Below are positions 1 through 8,238 of a DNA stretch of 24,000 nt, one piece after another. Origin of the DNA: Candidatus Thorarchaeota archaeon. GTDB taxonomy: Archaea > Asgardarchaeota > Thorarchaeia > Thorarchaeales > Thorarchaeaceae. A model generated the notes under the pieces. The model saw only the letters and a list, made by a program, of their open reading frames with translations. It was not told where the DNA came from and searched no databases. The stretch lies in assembly GCA_048884965.1 (NCBI GenBank), contig JBHLQH010000007.1, positions 132,429 to 156,428 on the forward strand, in the 5' to 3' direction. Numbering within the stretch: the first letter of the stretch is position 1; each line of letters opens with the position of its first letter. The position numbers were made by a program, and so were the translations under genes.

Positions 1-611
1 AAGGGGGTTCTCTCATCCCGATGCTTCTCAAGCTGAGCCAAAAAAGCATCCTGCTTCTCCTTGAGATACTCATCGATATTCTTGGCTGCAAGTAACTTCT
101 CTCTCTGTCCACTGTTATAGAATTCCGTGGGAAGTCCATGCGCCACCTCGGTCAGGACCTTTTGACAGGTCTTTGAATCAATCTTGGCTTCCATCCGCTC
201 CATAACAGCCTGTGTAATCTTCGGTTTCTCAGAAGGCGGAGTGCCTAAGGGAGGCATAGCAATGCCTTTGAACACCTCATCTCGCAGATTTTCTCCTACT
301 TCTTCACCAAGTTTCCTATGTAGGACCTCCATCACCTTGCCGCCATCTATAGGTTCCAAGAATGAGATGTAAAGGTCATTATTCTCAATGAAGTATCCAT
401 ACCTAAGTAGATGAACGAAATTATCGTAGGTATTGATATCCTCTTTAAGCATGACCTGAATGAAGGCTTCAGCATCACTTGAAGTAGCAGACGATAACGC
501 TGTATCTTTCAAGAATGATTCGAATCTCTCAACAATCGATACTGCATCGTTAATCTTCTCCTCTGGTACCTTTTGTTCCTCTAGAAATCTCTGAAAACCT
601 TCCTTATCCAT
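1..611 (-). CDS. hypothetical protein, C-terminus runs off the window start
   Basis: This ORF is not in the supplied track because it has no stop inside the window. My translation of the minus strand from ATG 611..609 stays open for all ~203 codons to base 1 (MDKEGFQRFLEEQKVPEEKINDAVSIVERFESFL...KEKQDAFLAQLEKHRDERTP). The 62-aa plus-strand ORF 184..372 is antisense to it. I recognise no family. Confidence 0.55.
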   Translation of the reverse strand, partial: MDKEGFQRFLEEQKVPEEKINDAVSIVERFESFLKDTALSSATSSDAEAFIQVMLKEDINTYDNFVHLLRYGYFIENNDLYISFLEPIDGGKVMEVLHRKLGEEVGENLRDEVFKGIAMPPLGTPPSEKPKITQAVMERMEAKIDSKTCQKVLTEVAHGLPTEFYNSGQREKLLAAKNIDEYLKEKQDAFLAQLEKHRDERTP

Positions 612-716
612 AATGGGTCACCAAATCCGATTAGTTAGAAACTTGTAGGATTTCTATATCAACCGACGGAAGAAAGCAAGATTTAGTCAAACCTCTCAAT
701 AGGAATGAGTGATACA

Positions 717-1229
717 CTATTCAGTATCCAATGATGAAACAAAACGCTCAATCTCATTCTGTCCCTTTAGAATGATCACACTCTTAGTTGATTCAAGCTT
801 CCTCAGAAGTCCCAATATTACTGGTCGATGTGTCATAGGATAATACCAAATCCACTCAAGAAAGTCCCTGTCGATCTTTTCAGGACACCCCTCTGTAAGG
901 TCCGGTCTTGGGCGCCCCCTGAATTTGAGGAATCTAAGAAAGACCCGAAGATAGGATGTCCTCCGTGGCATGTCTATGAAAATGATAGAATCTGCAGCCC
1001 GTGAACGCATAGCTAAGGTGGACTTATAGTTGCCATCCATGACCCAGCAATCCCCAGAAATCAGGTCTCTAATCTTTTGGGTCCATTCATCTGGCGGTGT
1101 TTCTTGCCAGCCTGGATTCCAGTAGTATCGATCAAGATGTATGATTGGGAGGTTGAGCTTTTTTCCTAATCTCTCACACAATGTAGACTTGCCAGACCCA
1201 CTTGGTCCAAGGATTAGGATTCTTTTCAT
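717..1229 (-). CDS. P-loop NTPase, adenylate-kinase-like / FlaR (topology modulation protein)-like
   Basis: A Walker A motif GPSGSGKST lies right after MKRILILG, and the ~170 aa size and layout are typical of the AAA_17/FlaR-like kinase fold. I place the start at ATG 1229. The track's 188-aa form adds an unlikely 18-aa leader. Confidence 0.8.
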   Translation of the reverse strand: MKRILILGPSGSGKSTLCERLGKKLNLPIIHLDRYYWNPGWQETPPDEWTQKIRDLISGDCWVMDGNYKSTLAMRSRAADSIIFIDMPRRTSYLRVFLRFLKFRGRPRPDLTEGCPEKIDRDFLEWIWYYPMTHRPVILGLLRKLESTKSVIILKGQNEIERFVSSLDTE

Positions 1230-1353
1230 AATCTCTACGAATGGCAATGATACGAATAAATGAACCGGGCTATTTGGCGCCACTCTACCGGTAATACTCG
1301 GGTAATATCGTGGTTAAAGTATCCTAAACGGATACAGGACATTGGTGGAAACG

Positions 1354-1641
1354 ATGAAACAAATCGAGGCAATGATACGGGAGAATCTGAACGCACGCGG
1401 TATCAAATGTCAATCAGTCTACCGAATGCCTGATCCTGATGAACTACGAGTTCTAATCGCGTTCGACTCCCAGAAGAACCCCCGTTTGACAACTAAGAAG
1501 ATTAGGAGTGTTCTCAACGAGATGGGGACTGGTGAATTCGACGTTCCTAATGAATTTCAACGCTTGAGTGCGGCGTTTCTGCATCTTGAGGTGCGGATGG
1601 GAACGCGAACAGAGCAAAGGATCTCCGCAACAGCACAATAG
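1354..1641 (+). CDS. hypothetical small protein (95 aa)
   Basis: The ORF has its ATG at 1354 (the track starts at TTG 1342) and is divergent from the P-loop gene. I recognise no motif. The coding call rests only on ORF length and non-repetitive composition. Confidence 0.4.
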   Translation: MKQIEAMIRENLNARGIKCQSVYRMPDPDELRVLIAFDSQKNPRLTTKKIRSVLNEMGTGEFDVPNEFQRLSAAFLHLEVRMGTRTEQRISATAQ

Positions 1642-1694
1642 CATTCTTCGCAGAAGTCATATAGAACGATTTGAGGATTCTACAGGGTGCTTTA

Positions 1695-2459
1695 ATGGAT
1701 TTACAACTAAGAAGCAAAACGATCTTGGTGACCGCTGCATCACGTGGACTAGGTTTTGGGACTGCAAAAGTGTTGGTCGATGAGGGAGCTAACGTCATCA
1801 TCTGTGGAAGGAATGAAGAATCCCTGAAGATAGCGATCCAGAAGCTCGGAGAACGGGCCCGCTACGTCGTAGCAGATGTTTCGACAGTAAATAATGTCAA
1901 ATCACTAATCGATAACATAACAGAAGAAGAAGGAGTCCTTGATGGCCTCTTTGTGAATGCAGGGGGTCCGCCTCCTGGGAAATTTGCAGGATTGTCTGAG
2001 GAGGACTGGGAAAAAAGCTTCCAGCTCACACTTATGAGCGCAGTACGCCTCACAAAGGAAGCACTGCCTCTTTTATCAAAATCTAACACACCGGCAATCC
2101 TCTACAGCACTTCGATTTCCGTGAAACAACCAATCGGAAACCTGCTGCTTTCAAATGCAATGCGCCCAGCTGTCATTGGAATGATGCGAACCCTCTCAGA
2201 AGAGATTGGACCCAAAGGCATTCGAGTGAATGCAGTATGTCCTGGCTATATCAACACCGAGCGGGTGGAAGAGCTAATGAACGCCTCAGGAGAACCAGAA
2301 CGGGCGACTAAGGGAATAACATCGAGTATCCCCCTTGGTAGGATGGGAGAACCAAACGAGTTCGGTAATGTCTGTGCCTTCTTACTCAGCCCGGTGTCAA
2401 GTTATGTACATGGAGCTCTTCTGCTGGTGGATGGTGGTATGTACAAAGGTATGATATAA
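1695..2459 (+). CDS. short-chain dehydrogenase/reductase (SDR) family oxidoreductase
   Basis: It has the N-terminal Rossmann motif TAASRGLGFG, an NAGG block, and the downstream IRVNAVCPGYINT segment typical of classical SDRs. The ATG at 1695 is preceded by GGGTG. The Ser-Tyr-Lys triad was not checked, and the usual YxxxK is not obvious. Confidence 0.88.
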   Translation: MDLQLRSKTILVTAASRGLGFGTAKVLVDEGANVIICGRNEESLKIAIQKLGERARYVVADVSTVNNVKSLIDNITEEEGVLDGLFVNAGGPPPGKFAGLSEEDWEKSFQLTLMSAVRLTKEALPLLSKSNTPAILYSTSISVKQPIGNLLLSNAMRPAVIGMMRTLSEEIGPKGIRVNAVCPGYINTERVEELMNASGEPERATKGITSSIPLGRMGEPNEFGNVCAFLLSPVSSYVHGALLLVDGGMYKGMI

Positions 2460-2461
2460 TC

Positions 2462-3448
2462 CTACAACATCAGTCCAAAATCAGTAGGATCCAGATGGCC
2501 TAATCGCTCCAATGCTTTCCTGGCATATACTCTCACTTGCTCATCTTGATCATCAAGCAGTTTCTCTAGTTCTCCTGCTGCTGGTGGGTACGGTGAAACT
2601 CCCATTGCCCAAGCTGCAAGCCTTCGTACTTCTACATCTGTGGCCTCTAATAGTTCAACTATAGCTCTGAGTATGATTTCCGAACGTTTTTCAACAACAA
2701 GGCGAATCAGTTGTCGTTGATACAGTGGCTCAACAGATGTCATTGCATCAGCAAGACCTTGTAAGGCTCGAGCGTTGTCAGAATCCCTGAGTCCACGAAT
2801 CGCCCAATCTCTTACAGACTCATCCTCGTCCTCCAGAGCTGCAAGCAGGCAATTGATCGCATCATCCGATTCGACCTTGCCTAAAGCCCATGCTCCTGCT
2901 TGTCTGATATCCACATCCGAATCACCCAAAAGCATGCAAAGAGCACCAATTGTCGGATTGGATGGACTGTTCGTTAATGCAAAGATAGCTTCCTTCCGAA
3001 TCTCGATATCTTCCTTCGAATCTCTTACTATCTTCCGCAAATATCTACCAAAGCTAACAGGGTCAGTGCCACCCAAGATATGGACCGCCCATTTTCTCAC
3101 TTCAAATGGTTCATCCGAATTCTGAAGAATATCAAGTACTTTGCCATTCAATGAGTTGAACTGTCCTCGATATGTAGCTTGAAGCCCTCGCACCCTTACT
3201 CGATCGTCAGAATCAGTAACTGCTCTTTCAACAACTAGAACTGCCAGACGAGGAATTAGAAAATCAACGAAATCCAGAACCTGTTTCTTCTCCCTAGAAT
3301 ATCCCTTTTCAGACGGACTGAAAATCTCATCAAGCAGTGATTCAAATTCGTTGGGTCTAGAATTCAAGATGTCTGTGATTTCCCGTCTTCTACTGATGTC
3401 ACTGGATTCCAGGAGTAATTCTCGCACTCTGCTCACACCCTGTATCAT
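2462..3448 (-). CDS. HEAT-repeat (PBS-lyase-type) protein
   Basis: It contains repeated units of the form D.D..VR..A..ALG.. (DSDVDIRQAGAWALGK, DEDESVRDWAIRGL, ATDVEVRRLAAWAMG, DQDEQVRVYARKAL). Confidence 0.85.
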   Translation of the reverse strand: MIQGVSRVRELLLESSDISRRREITDILNSRPNEFESLLDEIFSPSEKGYSREKKQVLDFVDFLIPRLAVLVVERAVTDSDDRVRVRGLQATYRGQFNSLNGKVLDILQNSDEPFEVRKWAVHILGGTDPVSFGRYLRKIVRDSKEDIEIRKEAIFALTNSPSNPTIGALCMLLGDSDVDIRQAGAWALGKVESDDAINCLLAALEDEDESVRDWAIRGLRDSDNARALQGLADAMTSVEPLYQRQLIRLVVEKRSEIILRAIVELLEATDVEVRRLAAWAMGVSPYPPAAGELEKLLDDQDEQVRVYARKALERLGHLDPTDFGLML

Positions 3449-3488
3449 TTGGGGAGAGCTTGTTACCTTTTTCTATTGCGCAAGGAAG

Positions 3489-4487
3489 TCAGTAGATTCT
3501 GAAAGCTTCAGCATGTGGAAGCTTGAACCACTTCTTTTCTGGATCATGGGTAACTGCAAAGTGATATGATGCCATCTGCAGAGCAATGCTGTTGGCAATT
3601 GTCTGTCCCAAGGGGCTCTCAAGATATAATGCTTCAGGGCAGTAGAGATGATAGCTTCGCATCTTTAAAGTGTCAGTAAGCACACTCATGTACGCAGAAT
3701 CCAGTTCGCTTGTCGGAGCATCCGTTATCAAGAGTACCGGGTCATCGTCCTTCACTGAGAGGTTGTAATGATGACGAAACTCCTCTCGTAGTGCGCTTGT
3801 ACCCTTCATGATAGAGTACTCATTGAATTTCATCATGCCTAGCTGCGCTGCGACATGGTTAGGGCCTTCAGATATCAGATAGACGAGGTCGCCTGGTTTG
3901 AGCAGATGAGCAATCTCCTTCCCTCTTTGCTCTGCCCATGTGACGATAGCATTCCCAGCGTTCTCAAGCCTTACAGAATCTTGATGTATCTTGGTCCGTG
4001 GCATCGCTTCATACAGGACTGCAAGTTTCAATAGATAAGCCATAGCACTTGTCGTCGGAGCCGAGGGGCTCGTATTATAGGTAGAGACACCTGATTTGGT
4101 TTCCCAGATATAATCTGCATGCTCAGCAGCTTTTCCTTCCCTGTCGTCTGTGAGAACCACGGTTGCTGCACCATGACTCTGAGCATGCTCTAATGCAGCT
4201 ATGGTTTCCAAGCTTCGTCCAGATGCAGTAATCCCAATCACCATAACATCATCAAGAGGCAATCTGGGCAGCTCAGAGGGCGATACTGCAATGGCATCCA
4301 CCCCAAGAGGTCGAAATGCCCACCTGCCATACTCTGCAACCGCATAGGAATCTCCACAGCCTGTGAAAATCATTTGCTTTCCTTTGATGAGATGCCTGTC
4401 CCTCTCTCTCACATTTCTCAATGTATCTGGAATTGCCTGTGCTTGATGATTGATGGCATTGTAAATCACATCATAGAAGTCCGTCAC
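3489..4487 (-). CDS. double-SIS-domain sugar-phosphate isomerase/deaminase-like protein (GlmS isomerase-domain-like, no glutaminase domain)
   Basis: MIFTGCGDSYAVAEY and VIGITASGRSLETI are typical first-SIS-domain motifs, and a second SIS-like half follows (LVYLISEGPNHVAAQLGMMKFNE). The start is GTG at 4487, which overlaps the DinB gene by 17 nt. Confidence 0.8.
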   Translation of the reverse strand: MTDFYDVIYNAINHQAQAIPDTLRNVRERDRHLIKGKQMIFTGCGDSYAVAEYGRWAFRPLGVDAIAVSPSELPRLPLDDVMVIGITASGRSLETIAALEHAQSHGAATVVLTDDREGKAAEHADYIWETKSGVSTYNTSPSAPTTSAMAYLLKLAVLYEAMPRTKIHQDSVRLENAGNAIVTWAEQRGKEIAHLLKPGDLVYLISEGPNHVAAQLGMMKFNEYSIMKGTSALREEFRHHYNLSVKDDDPVLLITDAPTSELDSAYMSVLTDTLKMRSYHLYCPEALYLESPLGQTIANSIALQMASYHFAVTHDPEKKWFKLPHAEAFRIY

Positions 4488-4965
4488 CTTGAGTCAGCTC
4501 CCTTAGCATGTTCACATTCGGTGGGTCATAGCCCATCTGTCTGAGTAATCCTACAATGAACCCACGATGATGTCCTTCATGGGTAACCATATGCAGAAAC
4601 GCTCGCGCAATCGTAAAGCTGATGGTATCATTGCCCAAGCGAACTCTCTTCACATATTGCAGACTAGCATCTGTCTGATTTGCGATGATATCCCGCATCT
4701 CTATCTCGATTCGTTTCCACGACTGTGCAATATCATCAACAGTCTGGAATTGCTCTGCATCCAATGCCGGTGTGTCCTCTTCAGCAATCACATTGATCCA
4801 GTAGATATCTGTATTCATAAGATGAACCAAAGTGTTACGAATAGATCCTTTTCCAATCCCTAAGTTCCTGATGAAATCATCATTGTCCAACTTTCGCAGT
4901 GTTTCTAGCAGCGGTCCTCTCACTGAAAAATTGTGCTCAAGGAGCATCTCGATACAGGAAATCAT
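4471..4965 (-). CDS. DinB-family (DinB/YfiT-like four-helix-bundle metalloenzyme) protein
   Basis: The His triad pattern is characteristic of the DinB superfamily (HLMNTDIYW ... HMVTHEGHHRG), and the ~164 aa size fits. Confidence 0.8.
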   Translation of the reverse strand: MISCIEMLLEHNFSVRGPLLETLRKLDNDDFIRNLGIGKGSIRNTLVHLMNTDIYWINVIAEEDTPALDAEQFQTVDDIAQSWKRIEIEMRDIIANQTDASLQYVKRVRLGNDTISFTIARAFLHMVTHEGHHRGFIVGLLRQMGYDPPNVNMLRELTQGDGLL

Positions 4966-5017
4966 GTTATCTCTTGGAAATCAATTCCCTTATCAGAGTC
5001 ACGCATAGCTTCTTCTA

Positions 5018-5227
5018 TCACTTACCGCGTAAGGCACTTCCAGAAAGAGCCACATCATATTCCTCCACTTCTAGAGGGAAGAATCCATTATCGCATACCT
5101 TTGATCGATAGAGTGACTTGCTGAAGGATCTGTCAGTAGCACAATGCCTCCTTTCAGTATGTCCTATCATGTAGCTAGCTACTGATAGCACAACGAAGAT
5201 GCCTGCAATCAGGATTCCTAACCACAT
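5018..5227 (-). CDS. possible small single-pass membrane protein (69 aa)
   Basis: It has an N-terminal hydrophobic helix (WLGILIAGIFVVLSVASYMI). Its ATG lies ~27 nt downstream of an AT-rich TATA-like block, and it is the first ORF of the minus-strand cluster. No homology is recognised. Confidence 0.3.
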   Translation of the reverse strand: MWLGILIAGIFVVLSVASYMIGHTERRHCATDRSFSKSLYRSKVCDNGFFPLEVEEYDVALSGSALRGK

Positions 5228-5240
5228 CGTTACTCACAAG

Positions 5241-5287
5241 TAGATATGCTATAATTATCATATAACTTTTGATAATTTGAAACAAAA
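5241..5287 (-). promoter_or_regulatory. AT-rich TATA-like promoter block for the minus-strand cluster (small ORF-DinB-SIS-HEAT)
   Basis: The plus strand reads tagatatgctataattatcatataacttttgataatttgaaacaaaag. Read on the minus strand, it gives ATAATTATAGC ~27 nt upstream of ATG 5227. Confidence 0.35.
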
Positions 5288-5394
5288 GTCTCTCTTAACG
5301 TGGGTTGTATTCGTACACTATTGGCAATGCTAGGGTCCCAATTGATCAGTAGCGCTACCAAGTAAGATGCTTTAAATCTGTAGCATAGAAGAAG

Positions 5395-5503
5395 TGGCGC
5401 CCCCGCCGGGATTCGAACCCGGGTCTCAAGAGATCAGCTTGCACATCAAGACGATGTCGCAATTGACAGTCTTGAATGCTAGACCGGACTACACTACAGG
5501 GGC
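5395..5503 (-). tRNA. tRNA-Asp (anticodon GUC) with a 31-nt intron at canonical position 37/38 and encoded CCA
   Basis: I folded the cloverleaf by hand. The acceptor is GCCCCUG/CGGGGGC, the T arm is CCGGG-UUCGAAU-CCCGG, and the anticodon arm is CAAGA-CUGUCA[intron]C-UCUUG. The anticodon GTC corresponds to plus 5465-5467 and the intron to plus 5433-5463. The intron 3' end UGAU can pair with GUCA (anticodon plus A37). Confidence 0.85.
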
Positions 5504-5665
5504 CCCGTTGCCCTAATGCCAAGCATCAGGTAGTCCGCTCCGACTCTCGGTTTTCTATTAAACTTGTCGTTGCGAAACAGGAATGCAAATTGGAATTTAG
5601 CCACGTGTTCGAATAGTTTCTCCACTATTCATTGAAACCCTGTCTATGATAACCAAAGAAATGAA

Positions 5666-5914
5666 TCACTCTTCAGGAATCTGAATCCAGAGAATATTGT
5701 TCCCTCTCAGGAGAATCTCGCCATACTTTGCTATGGTATTCGTTGTGCCATCATCACCAGGCACGAGTTCCTCTGCATCCTCTAGAGTGAGGTTCATGTA
5801 AACGTCACATCGGGATAGACGCCCTCTGAAGATTCTCTGATCTTTTAGCTTGATTGACACAATTTCATGGATATTCTGCTCAAGAGCTTTGATGGGCATT
5901 CTTTCTTGTGACAT
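5666..5914 (-). CDS. Sm-like (LSm / SmAP) RNA-binding protein
   Basis: The Sm1 motif is IKLKDQRIFRGRLSRCDVYMNLTLEDAEE and the Sm2 motif is GEILLRGNNILWI. An alternative start is ATG 5899. Confidence 0.85.
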   Translation of the reverse strand: MSQERMPIKALEQNIHEIVSIKLKDQRIFRGRLSRCDVYMNLTLEDAEELVPGDDGTTNTIAKYGEILLRGNNILWIQIPEE

Positions 5915-5950
5915 CGTGAAGTAACCTCTCCAATGTGCCTCTTTGTGTGT

Positions 5951-5959
5951 ATTATAAAG
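5951..5959. promoter_or_regulatory. palindromic TATA-like element (ATTATAAAG, core TTATAA) in the Sm-like/kae1 divergent spacer
   Basis: This is the only AT-rich box between ATG 5914 (minus) and GTG 6025 (plus). It lies ~41 nt from the Sm-like gene start and ~70 nt from the kae1 start. Confidence 0.35.
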
Positions 5960-6024
5960 GCTTTGCTACGGAGCGCGTCAATGTTAAGAACACATCGGTA
6001 TTGAACTTAGATGAGTGTGATAAT

Positions 6025-7011
6025 GTGACTATTTGCCTAGGACTCGAAGGGACTGCTCACTCATTTGGTGCAGGAATCGTGACCAGTGATGGTGAGGTCC
6101 TTTCCAATGTCTGGGATATGCTTCAACCTGAGGAAGGAGGCATTCATCCGAGGGAGGCAAGTCAACATCACGCCAATCTCGGTCCTGATCTGATACGCAA
6201 ATCCATGCAAGATGCTGGGATAGCACCCCATCAGATTGACATGATCGCCTTCTCCCAAGGACCTGGACTTGGTCCTTGTCTGCGTACAACAGCTACCATG
6301 GCTCGTTCCCTTGCACTTCGATTGAATGTGCCTCTCATCGGCGTCAATCATTGTGTTGCACATATAGAGATAGGAAGTCTTGAATCAGGATTCGAAGATC
6401 CGGTAACTGTCTATGTGTCAGGGGGCAACTCGCAAGTCATTGCTTTTGCTGGCGGAAGGTATCGCACCTTCGGCGAAACCCTTGATATCGCGATTGGAAA
6501 CATGCTTGATGTATTTGGCCGTCATGCAGGAATGCAATTTCCGGCAGGACCTAAGGTTGAGAAGCTGGCCAAGAGTGGGTCTGAATACCATTCACTGCCG
6601 TATTCAGTGAAGGGAATGGATGTGAGCTACTCGGGAATGTTGACCTCTGCGAAGCGTCTTTTTGACGAGGGAGTTCCTCTGCCAGATATCTGCTATAGTA
6701 TTCAAGAAACCTCATTCGGGATGCTAGCAGAGATTGCAGAAAGGGCGATTGCGCATACGAAGAAGCAGGAGATGCTTCTTACTGGTGGAGTTGCTCGAAA
6801 CAACCGACTGACAGAGATTCTCGAAGGTGTTGCTGCTCGTCACAGTGCCAAGTTTCACCGTGTGTCGCCACCACTGGCTGGAGATCAGGGTGCCATGATC
6901 GCTTGGACTGGAATCCTCCAGTATCAATCAGACGATATCTTGGATATCGACTCTTCTCAAGTGCTACCAAAATGGCGGACTGATGAACAGGATATTGGGT
7001 GGAAGACATGA
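6025..7011 (+). CDS. kae1: tRNA N6-adenosine threonylcarbamoyltransferase Kae1 (KEOPS catalytic subunit)
   Basis: The motifs are ICLGLEGTAHSFGAGIV, the HCVAHIE metal-binding His pair, VSGGNSQ and LTGGVARN. I prefer GTG 6025, which is preceded by GTGAT and gives 328 aa with the family-typical N-terminus. The track's 5935 start would sit 20 nt from the divergent gene and upstream of the TATA box. TTG 6001 is an alternative. Confidence 0.9.
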   Translation: MTICLGLEGTAHSFGAGIVTSDGEVLSNVWDMLQPEEGGIHPREASQHHANLGPDLIRKSMQDAGIAPHQIDMIAFSQGPGLGPCLRTTATMARSLALRLNVPLIGVNHCVAHIEIGSLESGFEDPVTVYVSGGNSQVIAFAGGRYRTFGETLDIAIGNMLDVFGRHAGMQFPAGPKVEKLAKSGSEYHSLPYSVKGMDVSYSGMLTSAKRLFDEGVPLPDICYSIQETSFGMLAEIAERAIAHTKKQEMLLTGGVARNNRLTEILEGVAARHSAKFHRVSPPLAGDQGAMIAWTGILQYQSDDILDIDSSQVLPKWRTDEQDIGWKT

Positions 7012-7643
7012 AACTAGAAGGAGAACCAATTGCCATCGGAGCCGAGTCGACCATCACGAAGATCGAGATGTGGGGAAAATCCTTTGCTTTGAAGTATCGA
7101 CCCAGCAAGGCATATCTTATCCCGGACATTGATCAAATGCTAAGGGGGAGTCGTACGAGTCGTGAATGCAAAGGCCTTACAATGGCTAGGTCTCTAGGGA
7201 TACCAACTCCAGCGATTCATACAGTGGATCTCAATGACTTTAGCATCTTGATGGACTATATACCTGGGAAACAACTGAAACAGATTGCTGGAGACTTAGA
7301 CAAGGCGCATCTTGGCAAATTATGTCACAGATTTGGAGGAATCATTGCCTGTCTGCATAGAGGTGGAATCGTTCATGGAGATCCCACAACGAGCAATCTC
7401 CTTGTAACGCCAGATGATAAGGTCTGGATGATTGATTTTGGGCTATCAGAGATGAATGCGACCGTTGAAATGAAGGGCGTTGACCTCCACTTGATCAAAC
7501 GTGCACTCGAAACAACGCACTGGGATATCCAAGATGAGATGCTTTCAAGGACGCTTGAGGGGTATAGCGAAACCCTAGGTGAGGATGCTGAACCTATTCT
7601 TAGTCGAATGGAAGAGATACGCGAACGAGGAAGATACCATTGA
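7008..7643 (+). CDS. bud32: Bud32/PRPK atypical kinase/ATPase (KEOPS subunit)
   Basis: The motifs are IGAESTI (glycine-loop equivalent), ALKYR (Lys), VHGDPTTSNLLV and MIDFGLS. ATG 7008 overlaps the kae1 stop as ATGA. Confidence 0.9.
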   Translation: MKLEGEPIAIGAESTITKIEMWGKSFALKYRPSKAYLIPDIDQMLRGSRTSRECKGLTMARSLGIPTPAIHTVDLNDFSILMDYIPGKQLKQIAGDLDKAHLGKLCHRFGGIIACLHRGGIVHGDPTTSNLLVTPDDKVWMIDFGLSEMNATVEMKGVDLHLIKRALETTHWDIQDEMLSRTLEGYSETLGEDAEPILSRMEEIRERGRYH

Positions 7644-7671
7644 AATAGAAATCACCGTACAGACGATAATG

Positions 7672-7678
7672 TTTATAT
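7672..7678 (+). promoter_or_regulatory. TATA box candidate (TTTATAT) for rps15
   Basis: TTTATAT lies 67 nt upstream of ATG 7745 and follows a purine-rich ACGATAA. A GAGGT Shine-Dalgarno box at 7733-7737 sits 7 nt before the ATG. Confidence 0.4.
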
Positions 7679-7744
7679 CCACACTCCTAAGCCCATCGAG
7701 ATTAGCCGGTTTCTATTGAACCTGTTTTCCAAGAGGTAAATACA

Positions 7745-8203
7745 ATGGCACGAATGCACACACGACGAAAAGGCCAATCCGGAAGCAAGCGTCCGTCTAC
7801 GTTACAGGTTCCTGAATGGATGGACAAGGACGCATCCTGGGTGGAAGAGAAAGTCATCGAACTTGCCAAGGCAGGTAACACACCAAGTATGATAGGACTA
7901 ATTCTTCGTGATCAATATGGAATTCCTCTTGTGAGAGTCATCACCGGCAAAAGAATCAATGATATCATCATTGAGAACGACTTACAACGTAGGGTTCCTG
8001 AGGACTTACGTAATATGATTGCCAAGGCCCTCAAGCTCAGGCGTCACCTTGAAGAGCATGGTAAGAAAGACTTTGTTTCCAAGCGCGGTCTTCAGCTTGT
8101 TGAAAGCAAGATACACAGACTTTCAAAGTACTATAGAAAGAACAAGGTCCTCCCTGCTGATTGGAAATACTCTCCAGCTGAAGCAGCACAGATGCTCAGA
8201 TAG
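7745..8203 (+). CDS. rps15: 30S ribosomal protein S15 (uS15, S15P/S13e type)
   Basis: MARMHTRRKGQSGSKRP... and LRDQYGIP ... KHLEEH-like RRHLEEHGKKD ... ESKIHRLSKYY match the archaeal/eukaryotic S13e pattern. The 152 aa length fits. Confidence 0.95.
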   Translation: MARMHTRRKGQSGSKRPSTLQVPEWMDKDASWVEEKVIELAKAGNTPSMIGLILRDQYGIPLVRVITGKRINDIIIENDLQRRVPEDLRNMIAKALKLRRHLEEHGKKDFVSKRGLQLVESKIHRLSKYYRKNKVLPADWKYSPAEAAQMLR

Positions 8204-8238
8204 TTTTATCATAGAGGGGCTTCTGTTATCTCTCTGAG

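Noticed and set aside
184-372. A 62-aa plus-strand ORF lies at the window start.
   Set aside because: It is antisense to a minus-strand frame that stays open for 611 nt, and its composition is Ser/Pro-rich.
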